64,000 nucleotides of DNA from Terracidiphilus sp. (GCF_049510455.1 NZ_JBEKYX010000005.1:12045-76044), one strand, 5' to 3'. Numbered from the stretch's first letter, positions 9,104 to 17,753 are shown. The notes: a model not told the origin generated them from the sequence alone. Numbers and translations: made by a program.

Positions 9104-10027
9104 TTACTTCGTTATATCGACAGAACCCGTCAGGCTTGCAACCTTCTCCACGTGATGGCTACGGCACCACGATTCCAGCCCCTTGGCGATGCGCTCAGTA
9201 GCGCGGGGATCGGCATAGCTGGCTGTGCCGACCTGCACGGCTGTGGCTCCGGCGAGCATGAATTCCACCGCGTCCTCCGGCGTCATGATTCCACCCATGC
9301 CGATGACAGGGACATTTACGGCGCGGGCCGTCTCATACACCATGCGGACGGCGATAGGCTTGATAGCCGGGCCGGAAAGCCCGCCCGTGGTGTTGGTGAG
9401 TCGCGGTTTGCGGGTTTCTATATCGATCGACAACGAGAGAAAGGTGTTGACGAGCGAGATGGCGTCCGCGCCGGAGTTGGCTGCAATGCGGGCCATCTCC
9501 GCAATGGAAGTGACGTTCGGCGAGAGCTTGACGATGAGCGGGCGACTGGTGGCCGAACGCGCGGATGAGACGAGGTATTCAAGCGAGCCCGGATCGGCGC
9601 CGAAGCTCATGCCGCCGGCGTGGACGTTGGGGCAGGACACATTGAGCTCGTAGGCGGCGATCTTTTCCGCCTCGTTGAGTTTTTGAATGACGCTGATGTA
9701 CTCGCCCACGGTGTAGCCGAAGACATTGACGAAGATATTGCAGGCCGGGTAGCGGCTGAGCGCGGGGAGCCTTTCCGCGATGAAGGCATCGACGCCAATG
9801 TTCTGCAGGCCGATAGCGTTCATCATGCCGGCGGCTGTTTGAATAATGCGCGGAGCGGCGTGGCCCGTCATGGGCTCAAGCGAGATGCCCTTGGTGACAA
9901 AGCCGCCCAGGCGTTCGAGCGAGACCATCTCCTCAAACTCGATGCCATAGCCAAAGGTGCCGCTGGCGGCGATGACGGGGTTGGCCAGCTCGATGCCGGC
10001 CAACTGAACTTTCATATCTGGCTTCAT
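9104..10027 (-). CDS. pyrD: Dihydroorotate dehydrogenase, class 1 (Cys active-site base)
   Basis: N-terminus LAGIELANPVIAASGTFGYG, motif NVSCPNV, and C-terminal GGI..PEDA..F..AGA. This is the typical class-1 PyrD architecture. Confidence 0.9.
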   Translation of the reverse strand: MKPDMKVQLAGIELANPVIAASGTFGYGIEFEEMVSLERLGGFVTKGISLEPMTGHAAPRIIQTAAGMMNAIGLQNIGVDAFIAERLPALSRYPACNIFVNVFGYTVGEYISVIQKLNEAEKIAAYELNVSCPNVHAGGMSFGADPGSLEYLVSSARSATSRPLIVKLSPNVTSIAEMARIAANSGADAISLVNTFLSLSIDIETRKPRLTNTTGGLSGPAIKPIAVRMVYETARAVNVPVIGMGGIMTPEDAVEFMLAGATAVQVGTASYADPRATERIAKGLESWCRSHHVEKVASLTGSVDITK

Positions 10028-10030
10028 GGG

Positions 10031-10134
10031 CAGAGGTCAGGGTTCAGAGGTCAGGGATCAGGGATCAGAAAGACAAAAGTAGATGACGGAGCATTTGTTT
10101 TTACTGAACCCTGATCCCTGAACCCTGATCCCTG
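10031..10134. repeat. Inverted pair of heptanucleotide arrays (CAGRGRT x5.5 / CTGAYCC x4.5) flanking a 35-nt spacer
   Basis: 10031-10068 reads cagaggt cagggtt cagaggt cagggat cagggat cag. 10104-10134 reads ctgaacc ctgatcc ctgaacc ctgatcc ctg. The arms are mutually complementary. Confidence 0.9.
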
Positions 10135-10365
10135 TACAGTTTACTGGACCTGAATCGGCTTGATGGCTTCCGTGAGGACGCAGCACACGGCAGCCGATGG
10201 CCGATTGACGCCCGCGAGATCGTATCGTTCGTCTGCAACGGAGCTGACTTTGTACGCATCAGTACGCAAAGGAAGCGGGAACTGAATTGCATAAATCCGA
10301 TGACAAAGAATCAGGCTGCGGCGCTGAATGGGTTCCAGGCTGGGAGCATGGATCTTTATCTTTGA

Positions 10366-10400
10366 CGCAAAAGAAAACAGGCGGCCGGAGAGGCCGCCCG
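10366..10400 (-). terminator. Rho-independent terminator downstream of ilvE
   Basis: GGCGGCC-GGAGA-GGCCGCC hairpin. On the minus strand it is followed by CTGTTTTCTTTTG. Confidence 0.65.
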
Positions 10401-10424
10401 TCTTGTTGCAATGTGAATTTGCAG

Positions 10425-11366
10425 CTATGCCGTTACCGTCTCCGGCGCGGCCACTTTGACGTGCGTGAGCCAGCCGAAGCGGTCGGGCTTGAGGCCGTTG
10501 GCAATGCCGAAGAACTCATCGGCAATCTGCCTGGTGATCTCGCCGGGCTCGCCGTTTCCAATGAGGATGCGGTCAACCGAGCGGATGGGCGAGACCTCCG
10601 CGGCCGTGCCGGTGAAGAAGACTTCGTCGGCGATGTAAAGCAGCTCGCGGGGAACCGACTGCTCCGTGACGGTAAGGCCCAGATGGCGCGCGATGGTGAG
10701 AACGGAGTCGCGCGTGATGCCGGAGAGCGCGGAGTTCGCCAGCGGCGGCGTGTAGAGAACGCCGTTGCGGACGAGGAAGATGTTCTCGCCCGACCCTTCG
10801 CTGACAAGGCCGTTCACGTCCAGGCCGATTCCCTCCGCGTAGCCGTTGATATCGGCTTCCATGCGGATGAGCTGCGAGTTCATGTAGTTCGCACCGGCTT
10901 TGGCGAGCGTGGGCATGGTGTTCGGGGCAAGACGGTTCCAACTGGAGACACAAACATCCGCGCCGCCGTGGCCGGGCATGTATTTGCCCCACGGAAAGTT
11001 GGCGACATAAACCTCAATGGGCGAGCCCTTGGGGTTGACGCCCATTTCGCCGTAGCCGCGCAGAACGATGGGCCGGATGTAGCTCGGCGACACGTTGTTG
11101 GCTTCGGTCACGTCCACGACTGCCGCGCACAGCTCGTCGAGCGTGTAGGGTATTTCCATGCGGTAGATCTTGGCGGAGTCAATGAGGCGCTGCATGTGCT
11201 CAGGCAGGCGGAAGATCGCTCCGCCCTGGGGCTGTCCATAGCAACGAATACCTTCAAAGACGCTGGAGCCATAGTGAACAACGTGGCTCATGACGTGAAG
11301 TGTGGCCTGCTCCCATGGGATGAGGTGGCCGTTATGCCAGATTTTGCTGGTGCTCTGAATAGGCAT
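10425..11366 (-). CDS. ilvE: Branched-chain amino acid aminotransferase (fold type IV)
   Basis: 313 aa. N-terminus IWHNGHLIPWEQATLHVMSHVVHYGSSVFEGIRCY and the overall length are typical of IlvE. Confidence 0.9.
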   Translation of the reverse strand: MPIQSTSKIWHNGHLIPWEQATLHVMSHVVHYGSSVFEGIRCYGQPQGGAIFRLPEHMQRLIDSAKIYRMEIPYTLDELCAAVVDVTEANNVSPSYIRPIVLRGYGEMGVNPKGSPIEVYVANFPWGKYMPGHGGADVCVSSWNRLAPNTMPTLAKAGANYMNSQLIRMEADINGYAEGIGLDVNGLVSEGSGENIFLVRNGVLYTPPLANSALSGITRDSVLTIARHLGLTVTEQSVPRELLYIADEVFFTGTAAEVSPIRSVDRILIGNGEPGEITRQIADEFFGIANGLKPDRFGWLTHVKVAAPETVTA

Positions 11367-11520
11367 GGAGAGGTTCTGCTCCTTGCACCGCGCAGTTCAT
11401 GCGGATACCCCACAAGCGTATCGCGCCAAGGGCACACATGTCACTCCTTCCTCATGGCGAGGAACCGTGACAGCCTATGCCCGCGATAGGATGAGCGGCA
11501 TTCCCATTTTCGGAACCGGT

Positions 11521-11727
11521 TCAGATCGGTGGCTGCGACGGCGATTGCGCCGGTTCCACAGGCGCGGAGACGCTTGCGGTTGCGCCGCAACTGGTATGAC
11601 CACAGACGCACATCAGTTCGACCCTGTCTGCCATGCCTTCGCAATGCGCGCTGCAATACTTGGACTTGCTGTCCGATACGGTACAGGTACAGGCTGCGTT
11701 ACCACATTTCTTTGTCTGAGATGACAT
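11521..11727 (-). CDS. SmtA/BmtA-like bacterial metallothionein (Cys/His-rich 68-aa protein)
   Basis: MSSQTKKCGNAACTCTVSDSKSKYCSAHCEGMADRVELMCVCGHTSCG. The Cys/His spacing parallels Synechococcus SmtA (KCACEPCLCNV...YYCSEAC...GCGHTGC, from memory). An SD GAGGG lies 5 nt before the ATG at 11727. The longer 193-aa ORF upstream looks non-coding. Confidence 0.55.
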   Translation of the reverse strand: MSSQTKKCGNAACTCTVSDSKSKYCSAHCEGMADRVELMCVCGHTSCGATASVSAPVEPAQSPSQPPI

Positions 11728-11884
11728 AAGGCCCTCACTTTCCATGTGATCGGCTAGATGCCGCGTGCATGCCGGCTGGTTGTTTTCATGAGACAGATCG
11801 GCTTCACTCACGGATCGGCCGGAGCTTTCAGGCAAGATGAGGATGAGCTGCTGTGAAACAGTTGTCAGTACCCCGGCGGCTAAA

Positions 11885-12697
11885 ATGCAGGAAAGTTTTG
11901 TTGCCAGAGAGGCTTGGCGGAAGTTGAGTTTGCGGAAGTTGAGTTCGATTGAGAAGCCGAAGCGCGGCCCGCGGCTCACCGGCCTGAACAAGAAAGATGG
12001 ATTTCTGCCGCATCCGTTCGACCTGGAACACGGGGTGCGAACGAGCGGGCTTGTGGCCGGAAGGCATCTCAAGACGGGCAGCCCGCATGATCGGCACACC
12101 ACGGCGTATTACGGAATCGCGCCTTCAGTCTTTTACGCGCTGGTGCGCCGGTGGCGGCAAATGCGGCCGGCATTTCCGCTGGAAGAGACCACGTTTATCG
12201 ACATCGGCGCGGGAATGGGGCGCGCTGTGCTGCTGGCCGCGGAGATGCCGTTTCGCGCCGTCATCGGTGTGGAAATGCACCCCGCGCTGATGCGCATCGC
12301 GCGGAAAAATCTGACGGTGTGGCGCAAAGCCGACCGCTTGCGGTCTCCGGTGCGTCTGGCTCAGGCGGATGCGGCTACATTTCCGTTTCCGCGGGGACCA
12401 TGCGTCGCGTTTCTGTTTAATCCTTTCGGCTCTGTGGTGATACAGCGGTTTCTGCGCCACTGCGCGCGGAGCTTTCAGAACAGGCCGGGCGAGCTCGACC
12501 TGCTTTATGTAAACAATGAGCAGGAGCACATTTTGCAGCAGCAAAAAGGATTTGTACGCTACTTTCAAGGGCAGGTGAAGCGGTCGCCAGCCGATGCAAA
12601 GGCCGATCACGCTATTCTGACCAATCAGCCGGATGGGGAGTACGCTTCGATGAATTATGAAGACTGCTCCATCTGGAGATGGCAGCCAGGAGACTGA
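11885..12697 (+). CDS. Class I SAM-dependent methyltransferase
   Basis: Motif I FIDIGAGMGRAVLLAA followed by VIGVE. The start is uncertain, since the ORF is open from 11837. Confidence 0.6.
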   Translation: MQESFVAREAWRKLSLRKLSSIEKPKRGPRLTGLNKKDGFLPHPFDLEHGVRTSGLVAGRHLKTGSPHDRHTTAYYGIAPSVFYALVRRWRQMRPAFPLEETTFIDIGAGMGRAVLLAAEMPFRAVIGVEMHPALMRIARKNLTVWRKADRLRSPVRLAQADAATFPFPRGPCVAFLFNPFGSVVIQRFLRHCARSFQNRPGELDLLYVNNEQEHILQQQKGFVRYFQGQVKRSPADAKADHAILTNQPDGEYASMNYEDCSIWRWQPGD

Positions 12698-12706
12698 GGG
12701 GCCGGA

Positions 12707-13627
12707 ATGTCTGCACCGCATTTGATTCTCGGCATTGGCGAGTTGCTATGGGACCTGCTGCCGGAGGGACCGCGACTGGGCGGCGCGCCGGCGAACTTTA
12801 CCGTGATGGCGGGAAGGCTTGGGAATCATGCGGCCATTCTGAGCCGCATCGGGCGCGATGAGCTGGGGCGCAAGGCTGTCGAGTCCTTCGATGAACTGCC
12901 AGCCGACACGGAGTTTCTTCAGATCGATGCCGAGCATGAGACCGGCCTCGTGACGGTCGCGCTCAAGGACGGACAGCCCGAATACACCATCCATCAGCCG
13001 GCGGCCTGGGACTTTCTATCGCTTTCGGATCAGTGGGTTCGATTGGCGGAGAGAGCCGATGCGGTTTGCTTTGGCTCGCTGGCGCAGAGAAGTGTTGCCT
13101 CAAAGCAGACCATTCAGGAACTGATCGCGCAGACCCGGCAAGATTGCATTCGCATCTTTGACGTGAACCTGCGCGCGCCGTTCTACAGCGGCGAAGTGGT
13201 CGAGGAATCGCTGGAGCTGGCGACAGTTTTAAAGATGAACGACGCGGAAGTTCCTGCAGTTTTAAGTCTGTTGGGCATGGAAGCGGAGACCGATCTCCGG
13301 AGCGCATCGAAACGCTTGCTGGATGAGTTTCCCCGGTTGCTCCTGGTGGCGATTACACGAGGCGGCCAGGGCAGCATGCTTGTGGCGCGCGATGGCTGGC
13401 ATGAGCATCCGGGGATTGCCGTGGATGTGGTCGATACGATTGGCGCTGGAGACGCATTTACCGCTGCAATGACGCACTATCTTCTGCGCGGAGCAAGCCT
13501 GGCCGTGCTCAATGAGGCAGGGAATCGCTGGGGCGCGTGGGTGGCCTCGCAGTCGGGCGCAATGCCTTCGTTGGCGGATTTCGTCAGAGATGGCATCGAC
13601 ATCGCAATCCAATCCAGCGTGCGCTGA
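12707..13627 (+). CDS. PfkB-family carbohydrate kinase (fructokinase-like)
   Basis: N-terminus GELLWDLLP....LGGAPANF and C-terminal DTIGAGDAF signature. Confidence 0.8.
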   Translation: MSAPHLILGIGELLWDLLPEGPRLGGAPANFTVMAGRLGNHAAILSRIGRDELGRKAVESFDELPADTEFLQIDAEHETGLVTVALKDGQPEYTIHQPAAWDFLSLSDQWVRLAERADAVCFGSLAQRSVASKQTIQELIAQTRQDCIRIFDVNLRAPFYSGEVVEESLELATVLKMNDAEVPAVLSLLGMEAETDLRSASKRLLDEFPRLLLVAITRGGQGSMLVARDGWHEHPGIAVDVVDTIGAGDAFTAAMTHYLLRGASLAVLNEAGNRWGAWVASQSGAMPSLADFVRDGIDIAIQSSVR

Positions 13628-13799
13628 ACGCCGGGCCGCAATTATGCATCCTACGTATAGCAGAGCCAGGTGGTCATAAACAGGTTTTCCAGTGCTGGTA
13701 GATAACGCCCAGCCAGATTAAGTAGTTTGTGTAGTTTTTCCGTATGGATTAGATCGTCACCGCCTGGTTTCCTGAATCCGATTTGGTCGGGGGATTTCT

Positions 13800-14402
13800 A
13801 TGCGGCGTTTCAGCGCATTCCTTGCATTGCTGTGTTTCTCCGTACTGGCGCATGCGCAGCTCGCGCCTGTGCTCCAGGAGTCAGGCGGCCCCGAGCACTA
13901 TCAGCTTTATGGGGGATATTCTTACCAGTCGAATACCTTCAACGGAGTTCCGGGATTCCAGCAGTCGCTGAATGGATGGGAGCTTTCGTTTGCCTTTCCG
14001 ACAATGTGGCACGGGCGGCTGCGCTTCAAGATGGATACCACGCAGTACAGAGCAAACAATTATGGCGCGCCGCAGAATGCGTATTACGTTCTTGGCGGCT
14101 TTCAATATAGCCACAAGTTTGGTCATGAGACGCTGTACGGCGAAGTGATGGGCGGCGACTTGGGAATCAACCAGAATTGGGGACCCAATGCGCACCTCGG
14201 CATGACGGCCTCGTTCGTCACTGTAATGGGCGGAGGAGTGGATACGCCTGTCAGCCGCCAGTTTGCCATCCGTACAGGCGGCGACTTTGTCTATGAGAAT
14301 CTGGCGCTGATTGAGAGTTTGAAGGCTGCGGTGCCGTACAGGGTTCCCGGATTGCCGAATTTCTTCGGCAAAGTGAATGCGGGCGTGGTCTGGAAGTTTT
14401 AA
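13800..14402 (+). CDS. Small outer-membrane beta-barrel protein
   Basis: Signal peptide ending AHAQ, alternating aromatic/Gly-rich strands, and a C-terminal ...AGVVWKF. Confidence 0.6.
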   Translation: MRRFSAFLALLCFSVLAHAQLAPVLQESGGPEHYQLYGGYSYQSNTFNGVPGFQQSLNGWELSFAFPTMWHGRLRFKMDTTQYRANNYGAPQNAYYVLGGFQYSHKFGHETLYGEVMGGDLGINQNWGPNAHLGMTASFVTVMGGGVDTPVSRQFAIRTGGDFVYENLALIESLKAAVPYRVPGLPNFFGKVNAGVVWKF

Positions 14403-14453
14403 CGGCTGCACGGATCTTCGCCACAAACAAAAGCCCCGAAGCAAACTGGGCCT

Positions 14454-14588
14454 CAGCCTGATGAAAAACCTCATCATCGCTTTTCCGGAGGGAGCGTGAG
14501 GCTTTAGCCTCACGAATAAGGCCAATGTATTCAAGAGGGGCGTTAGCCCCGGGCCCTTACTTAAAACCGCCAGACTGACTTGGTCAGC
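14454..14588. repeat. Dispersed ~135-bp three-hairpin element, copy A
   Basis: About 90% identical by eye to 30780-30912. Contains CGTGAGGC-TTTA-GCCTCACG, GGGGC-GTTA-GCCCC and a terminal weak stem CTGAC-TTG-GTCAG. Confidence 0.9.
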
Positions 14589-14594
14589 AATCTG

Positions 14595-14625
14595 AAGCCC
14601 CGGTTTTGTGCCGGGGCTTTTGTTT
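14595..14625 (+). terminator. Intrinsic terminator hairpin between convergent genes
   Basis: AAGCCCCGG-TTTTGTG-CCGGGGCTT followed by TTGTTT. Confidence 0.6.
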
Positions 14626-14640
14626 ATACATGAGCAAAAA

Positions 14641-15171
14641 TCAAGCGACGCGCTCGATGGTGACCGATTCAAGCACAACGGTCTTGTGCGGCTTGTCCTG
14701 TGAGTTGCGCGGCACCAGAGAAATCTTATTGGCGATTTCCTCGCCTTCCACCACTTCTCCAAAGATGGTGTGGTTGCCTGTGAGCCACGGCGTGGCCGCA
14801 ACGGTGATGAAGATCTGGCAGCCGTTGGTGTTGGGGCCGCTGTTCGCCATGGCCAGCTTGCCGGGCTTGTCGAAGCGGTGCGGCGAGCCTTTGGTTTCAT
14901 CCTGGAAGCGATAGCCTGGGCCGCCCATGCCGGTGCCTGTCGGGTCGCCGCCCTGGATCATGAAGTCGGGAATAACGCGATGGAAGACAGTGCCGTCGTA
15001 AAGCTTTCTATTGGACTTCTCGTGCGTCGTGGGATGGGTCCATTCCTTGCCGCCTTCTGCCAGCTCGATGAAGTTCTTGACGGTAATGGGCGCTTCAGAC
15101 TCGAAGAGGCGGATGACGATCTTACCTTCCGATGTGTTGAAGTTTGCGTAGGTACCTGGGGATAGAGACAT
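14641..15171 (-). CDS. ppiB: Cytoplasmic cyclophilin-type peptidyl-prolyl isomerase
   Basis: YDGTVFHRVIPDFMIQGGDPTGTGMGGPGY and LAMANSGPNTNGCQFFI-type motifs, with no signal peptide. Confidence 0.85.
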   Translation of the reverse strand: MSLSPGTYANFNTSEGKIVIRLFESEAPITVKNFIELAEGGKEWTHPTTHEKSNRKLYDGTVFHRVIPDFMIQGGDPTGTGMGGPGYRFQDETKGSPHRFDKPGKLAMANSGPNTNGCQIFITVAATPWLTGNHTIFGEVVEGEEIANKISLVPRNSQDKPHKTVVLESVTIERVA

Positions 15172-15217
15172 GGAATTTTTCCTCTCTGGAGAAAGCCGAT
15201 CTGTGATTGAATCGCTC

Positions 15218-15955
15218 TTATTGTTTAGCCGATGGTTGAGCCACCGGTTCGGGCGTGGGCGGTAGCGGCTCGCCCTCAGGAACGATGGTGACCTTGTTCA
15301 GCATGACAGGTTGAAGGGGCTTGTCCTTGTTATCGCGCTCTACGCGGGCAATGGTTTTCACCACAAGGAGGCTGGACGCATCGCACTGGCCAAAGATGGT
15401 GTAGTGCTGGTTGAGCGAGTCGTAGGGCTGCTCATTGATAAAGAACTGGCCGCCGTTCGTGTTGGGGCCGGAGTTAGCCATGGCCAGGCGGCCGGGCGCG
15501 TCGAAGTTCAGGTTTGGGTCCAGCTCATCATCAAAGGTGTAGCCGGGATCGCCCATGCCGGTGCCGGTCGGATCGCCGCCCTGAATCATGAACTCAGGAA
15601 TGACACGGTGAAAGGTGGTGCCGTCATAGTAGCGTTTTTTGTGCTGCTTTTTCTGCGTATTGGGATCGACCCAGTCCTTGGTTCCGTTGGCGAGGGCGAT
15701 AAAGTTCGCAACGGCGTTCGGCGCCTGCCGCTCGAAGAACTGGCAGGTGATGCGGCCCATGGAGGTATCCATGACCACGCTGGGACCGTTGGGGTGCGTG
15801 AGCGCGGCGGCTGTAGGCTGCGGGCCGTCAGGCAGATCGTCCGTGGCAGCAGGTTTAGTCGCGGGAGGTGCGGTTGGCGTAGACTGCTGGGCGAAAGCCG
15901 AGGTCGCAAAGACCGCGGCGAGAGCTGGTATCAGAAGGGCAAATCGAAGTTTCAT
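15218..15955 (-). CDS. ppiA: Periplasmic cyclophilin-type peptidyl-prolyl isomerase
   Basis: Signal peptide MKLRFALLIPALAAVFATSAFA plus FHRVIPEFMIQGGDPTGTGMG and MANSGPNTNGGQFFI. Confidence 0.85.
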   Translation of the reverse strand: MKLRFALLIPALAAVFATSAFAQQSTPTAPPATKPAATDDLPDGPQPTAAALTHPNGPSVVMDTSMGRITCQFFERQAPNAVANFIALANGTKDWVDPNTQKKQHKKRYYDGTTFHRVIPEFMIQGGDPTGTGMGDPGYTFDDELDPNLNFDAPGRLAMANSGPNTNGGQFFINEQPYDSLNQHYTIFGQCDASSLLVVKTIARVERDNKDKPLQPVMLNKVTIVPEGEPLPPTPEPVAQPSAKQ

Positions 15956-16002
15956 GCCGTGTTTCAGGGTAAATCATCGAGCAGAGGGAGTGCCAGCCAC
16001 GT

Positions 16003-17550
16003 ATGAAGCTGTATTGTATTCGCATGACTATTTCCGGATTTCATTGGAACGTAGGGCGCGCCGCTATGCTCGCGTCTGTCTTGAGCCTTTGTTGTTGTTT
16101 TGCCATGCAGGCGCAGGCCCCTGCAGGGCCGGGAGAAAAGCCGGCAGATAAGCCCGCGGGTGAAAAAGCCGCATTGCCGCCGCTTCCTCCCGCGGCTCAC
16201 ACCGAGCAGACGATTCAGTTGAACGGCAAGCCGCTGAAGTACACGGTAACCGTGGGCGCGCTGCCGGTTCGAGACAAGGATGGCAAGGTCGCAGGCCAGG
16301 TCGTGGTTACCGCATACACGGTGCCGGGCGAAAACCGGCCCGTGACCTTTGCGATGAATGGCGGCCCTGGCGCATCGACCGTATTTCTGAATCTTGGCGC
16401 AATTGGGCCAAAGCACATGAGCGCCGGCAATGAGGGAGATAGCCCATCGGACCCTATAGCCATGACCGATAACCCAGGGACGTGGCTGGATTTTACAGAC
16501 CTTGTGTTCATTGATCCCATCGGCACGGGCTTCAGCCGTTCGGAAGTGCCGGAGGATCAGGCAAAGAAGCTGTTCTATACGACCACGCCGGACATTCAGT
16601 ATCTCTCGCGGATTATCTATGACTGGCTCGTCGAGAATTCGCGGCTTGGCTCGCGCAAATACTTCGTTGGCGAAAGCTACGGCGGCTTCCGCGGCCCGCG
16701 CGTGACGCATTATCTCCAGTCGCAGCTTGGCGTGGCGCTCAATGGCGTCATTCTGGTTTCGCCGTATCTCAATCCGGGGCAGGACGATTATGAGGATATG
16801 TCGCCGCTGCCGTGGATGATGACACTGCCTTCGATTTCAGCGGCGCATCTGGAGCGCGAAAATAAGCTCACGCCCGACGCAATGGCGGAAGTAATTGCCT
16901 ACACGCGCGGCGAGTATGCGACGGCGCTGCTGAAAGGCCGCTCGGATGAAGCTGGGCAGCAGCGGATGATTCAGAAAGTGACGGAGATGACCGGGCTCGA
17001 TCCCTCATTCGTGAAGTACTCGGGCGGACGCCTCGACACCAGCGCGTACCTTCGCGAGGCGCACAGGGAACAGGGCAAGCTGGGGTCTGTCTACGACTCG
17101 AACGTGACCTCGTTCGATCCGTTTCCGTTTGCGCCGGACCAGCGCGCAAACGATCCGATTCTGGCGAGCATCATAGCTCCGCTGACCACGGCGATGGTGG
17201 ATTTCGACACGCGTATTGTCGGCTGGAAGATCGATGCACGCTACAACGCGCTCTCCTATGAGGTGGGCCGGTTGTGGGATCGCGGCGACGATCTGCGTCG
17301 CGGTTCAGTGCCGGATCTGCGCGAGGCGGTTGCGGCCGATCCCAAGCTGCGCGTGCTGATTGTGCATGGATGGAACGACCTCTCCTGCCCGTTCATGGGA
17401 TCGGTGCTGACCGTGGACGAGATGCCTGTGATGGGCGACCCGACACGCGTTGCGGTCAAGGAATATCCCGGCGGTCACATGTTCTACACACGCGAAACAA
17501 GCAGGATGGCGCTGCGTAAAGACGTGATGGACATGATAGAAAAGCACTAA
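16003..17550 (+). CDS. Serine carboxypeptidase, peptidase family S10
   Basis: GESYGG nucleophile motif and a signal peptide (MLASVLSLCCCFAMQAQA). The start is ambiguous among 16003, 16024 and 16066. Confidence 0.75.
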   Translation: MKLYCIRMTISGFHWNVGRAAMLASVLSLCCCFAMQAQAPAGPGEKPADKPAGEKAALPPLPPAAHTEQTIQLNGKPLKYTVTVGALPVRDKDGKVAGQVVVTAYTVPGENRPVTFAMNGGPGASTVFLNLGAIGPKHMSAGNEGDSPSDPIAMTDNPGTWLDFTDLVFIDPIGTGFSRSEVPEDQAKKLFYTTTPDIQYLSRIIYDWLVENSRLGSRKYFVGESYGGFRGPRVTHYLQSQLGVALNGVILVSPYLNPGQDDYEDMSPLPWMMTLPSISAAHLERENKLTPDAMAEVIAYTRGEYATALLKGRSDEAGQQRMIQKVTEMTGLDPSFVKYSGGRLDTSAYLREAHREQGKLGSVYDSNVTSFDPFPFAPDQRANDPILASIIAPLTTAMVDFDTRIVGWKIDARYNALSYEVGRLWDRGDDLRRGSVPDLREAVAADPKLRVLIVHGWNDLSCPFMGSVLTVDEMPVMGDPTRVAVKEYPGGHMFYTRETSRMALRKDVMDMIEKH

Positions 17551-17551
17551 A

Positions 17552-17713
17552 CAGTGATCAGGCTTCAGTGATCAGGGATCGGAAAAGAGCTTCGGGGCTG
17601 ATTGCCCTGAAGCTCTTCTCATTGCCGGCAATATGAGATGCCGGACTTATACACAAATCGGCATCGTTCTGACCCCTGATCCATGATCTCTGATCCCTGA
17701 TCCCTGATCTCTG
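17552..17713. repeat. Composite element: inverted heptamer arrays enclosing two internal hairpins
   Basis: Left arm 17552-17582 reads cagtgat caggctt cagtgat cagggat cgg. Right arm 17669-17713 reads ctgaccc ctgatcc atgatct ctgatcc ctgatcc ctgatct ctg. Internal stems are AGAGCTTC...GAAGCTCT and CCGGCA...TGCCGG. Confidence 0.9.
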
Positions 17714-17716
17714 CCA

Positions 17717-17746
17717 TTGACTTTCTATCCATAGATAATCTATATA
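17717..17746 (+). promoter_or_regulatory. Putative sigma70-type promoter of the PadR operon with an embedded palindrome
   Basis: TTGACT (17717-22), an 18-nt spacer, then TATATA (17741-46). The palindrome ATAGAT-A-ATCTAT lies at 17731-17743. The ATG at 17754 is about 7-8 nt after the -10. Confidence 0.4.
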
Positions 17747-17753
17747 TAGCCTC

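Noticed and set aside
10101-10292. 63-aa minus-strand ORF ending ...YRDQGSGIRVQ
   Set aside because: Its C-terminus is simply the translation of the heptamer array. Similar 'DQGSxIRDQ' tails appear in ORFs 17558..17800, 17619..18143 and 38813..39001, which are artefacts of the repeats.
10287-11489. 400-aa plus-strand ORF
   Set aside because: It is antisense to the clearly recognisable ilvE gene, and its composition is Arg/Gly/Ala-rich.
13881-14900. 339-aa minus-strand ORF
   Set aside because: It runs antisense through the OMP gene, reads across the dispersed repeat (translating it as ...LALFVRLKPHAPSGK...) and continues into ppiB out of frame. It is not a plausible protein.
15964-16710. 248-aa minus-strand ORF
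   Set aside because: It is antisense to the S10 peptidase gene, which carries the GESYGG motif.
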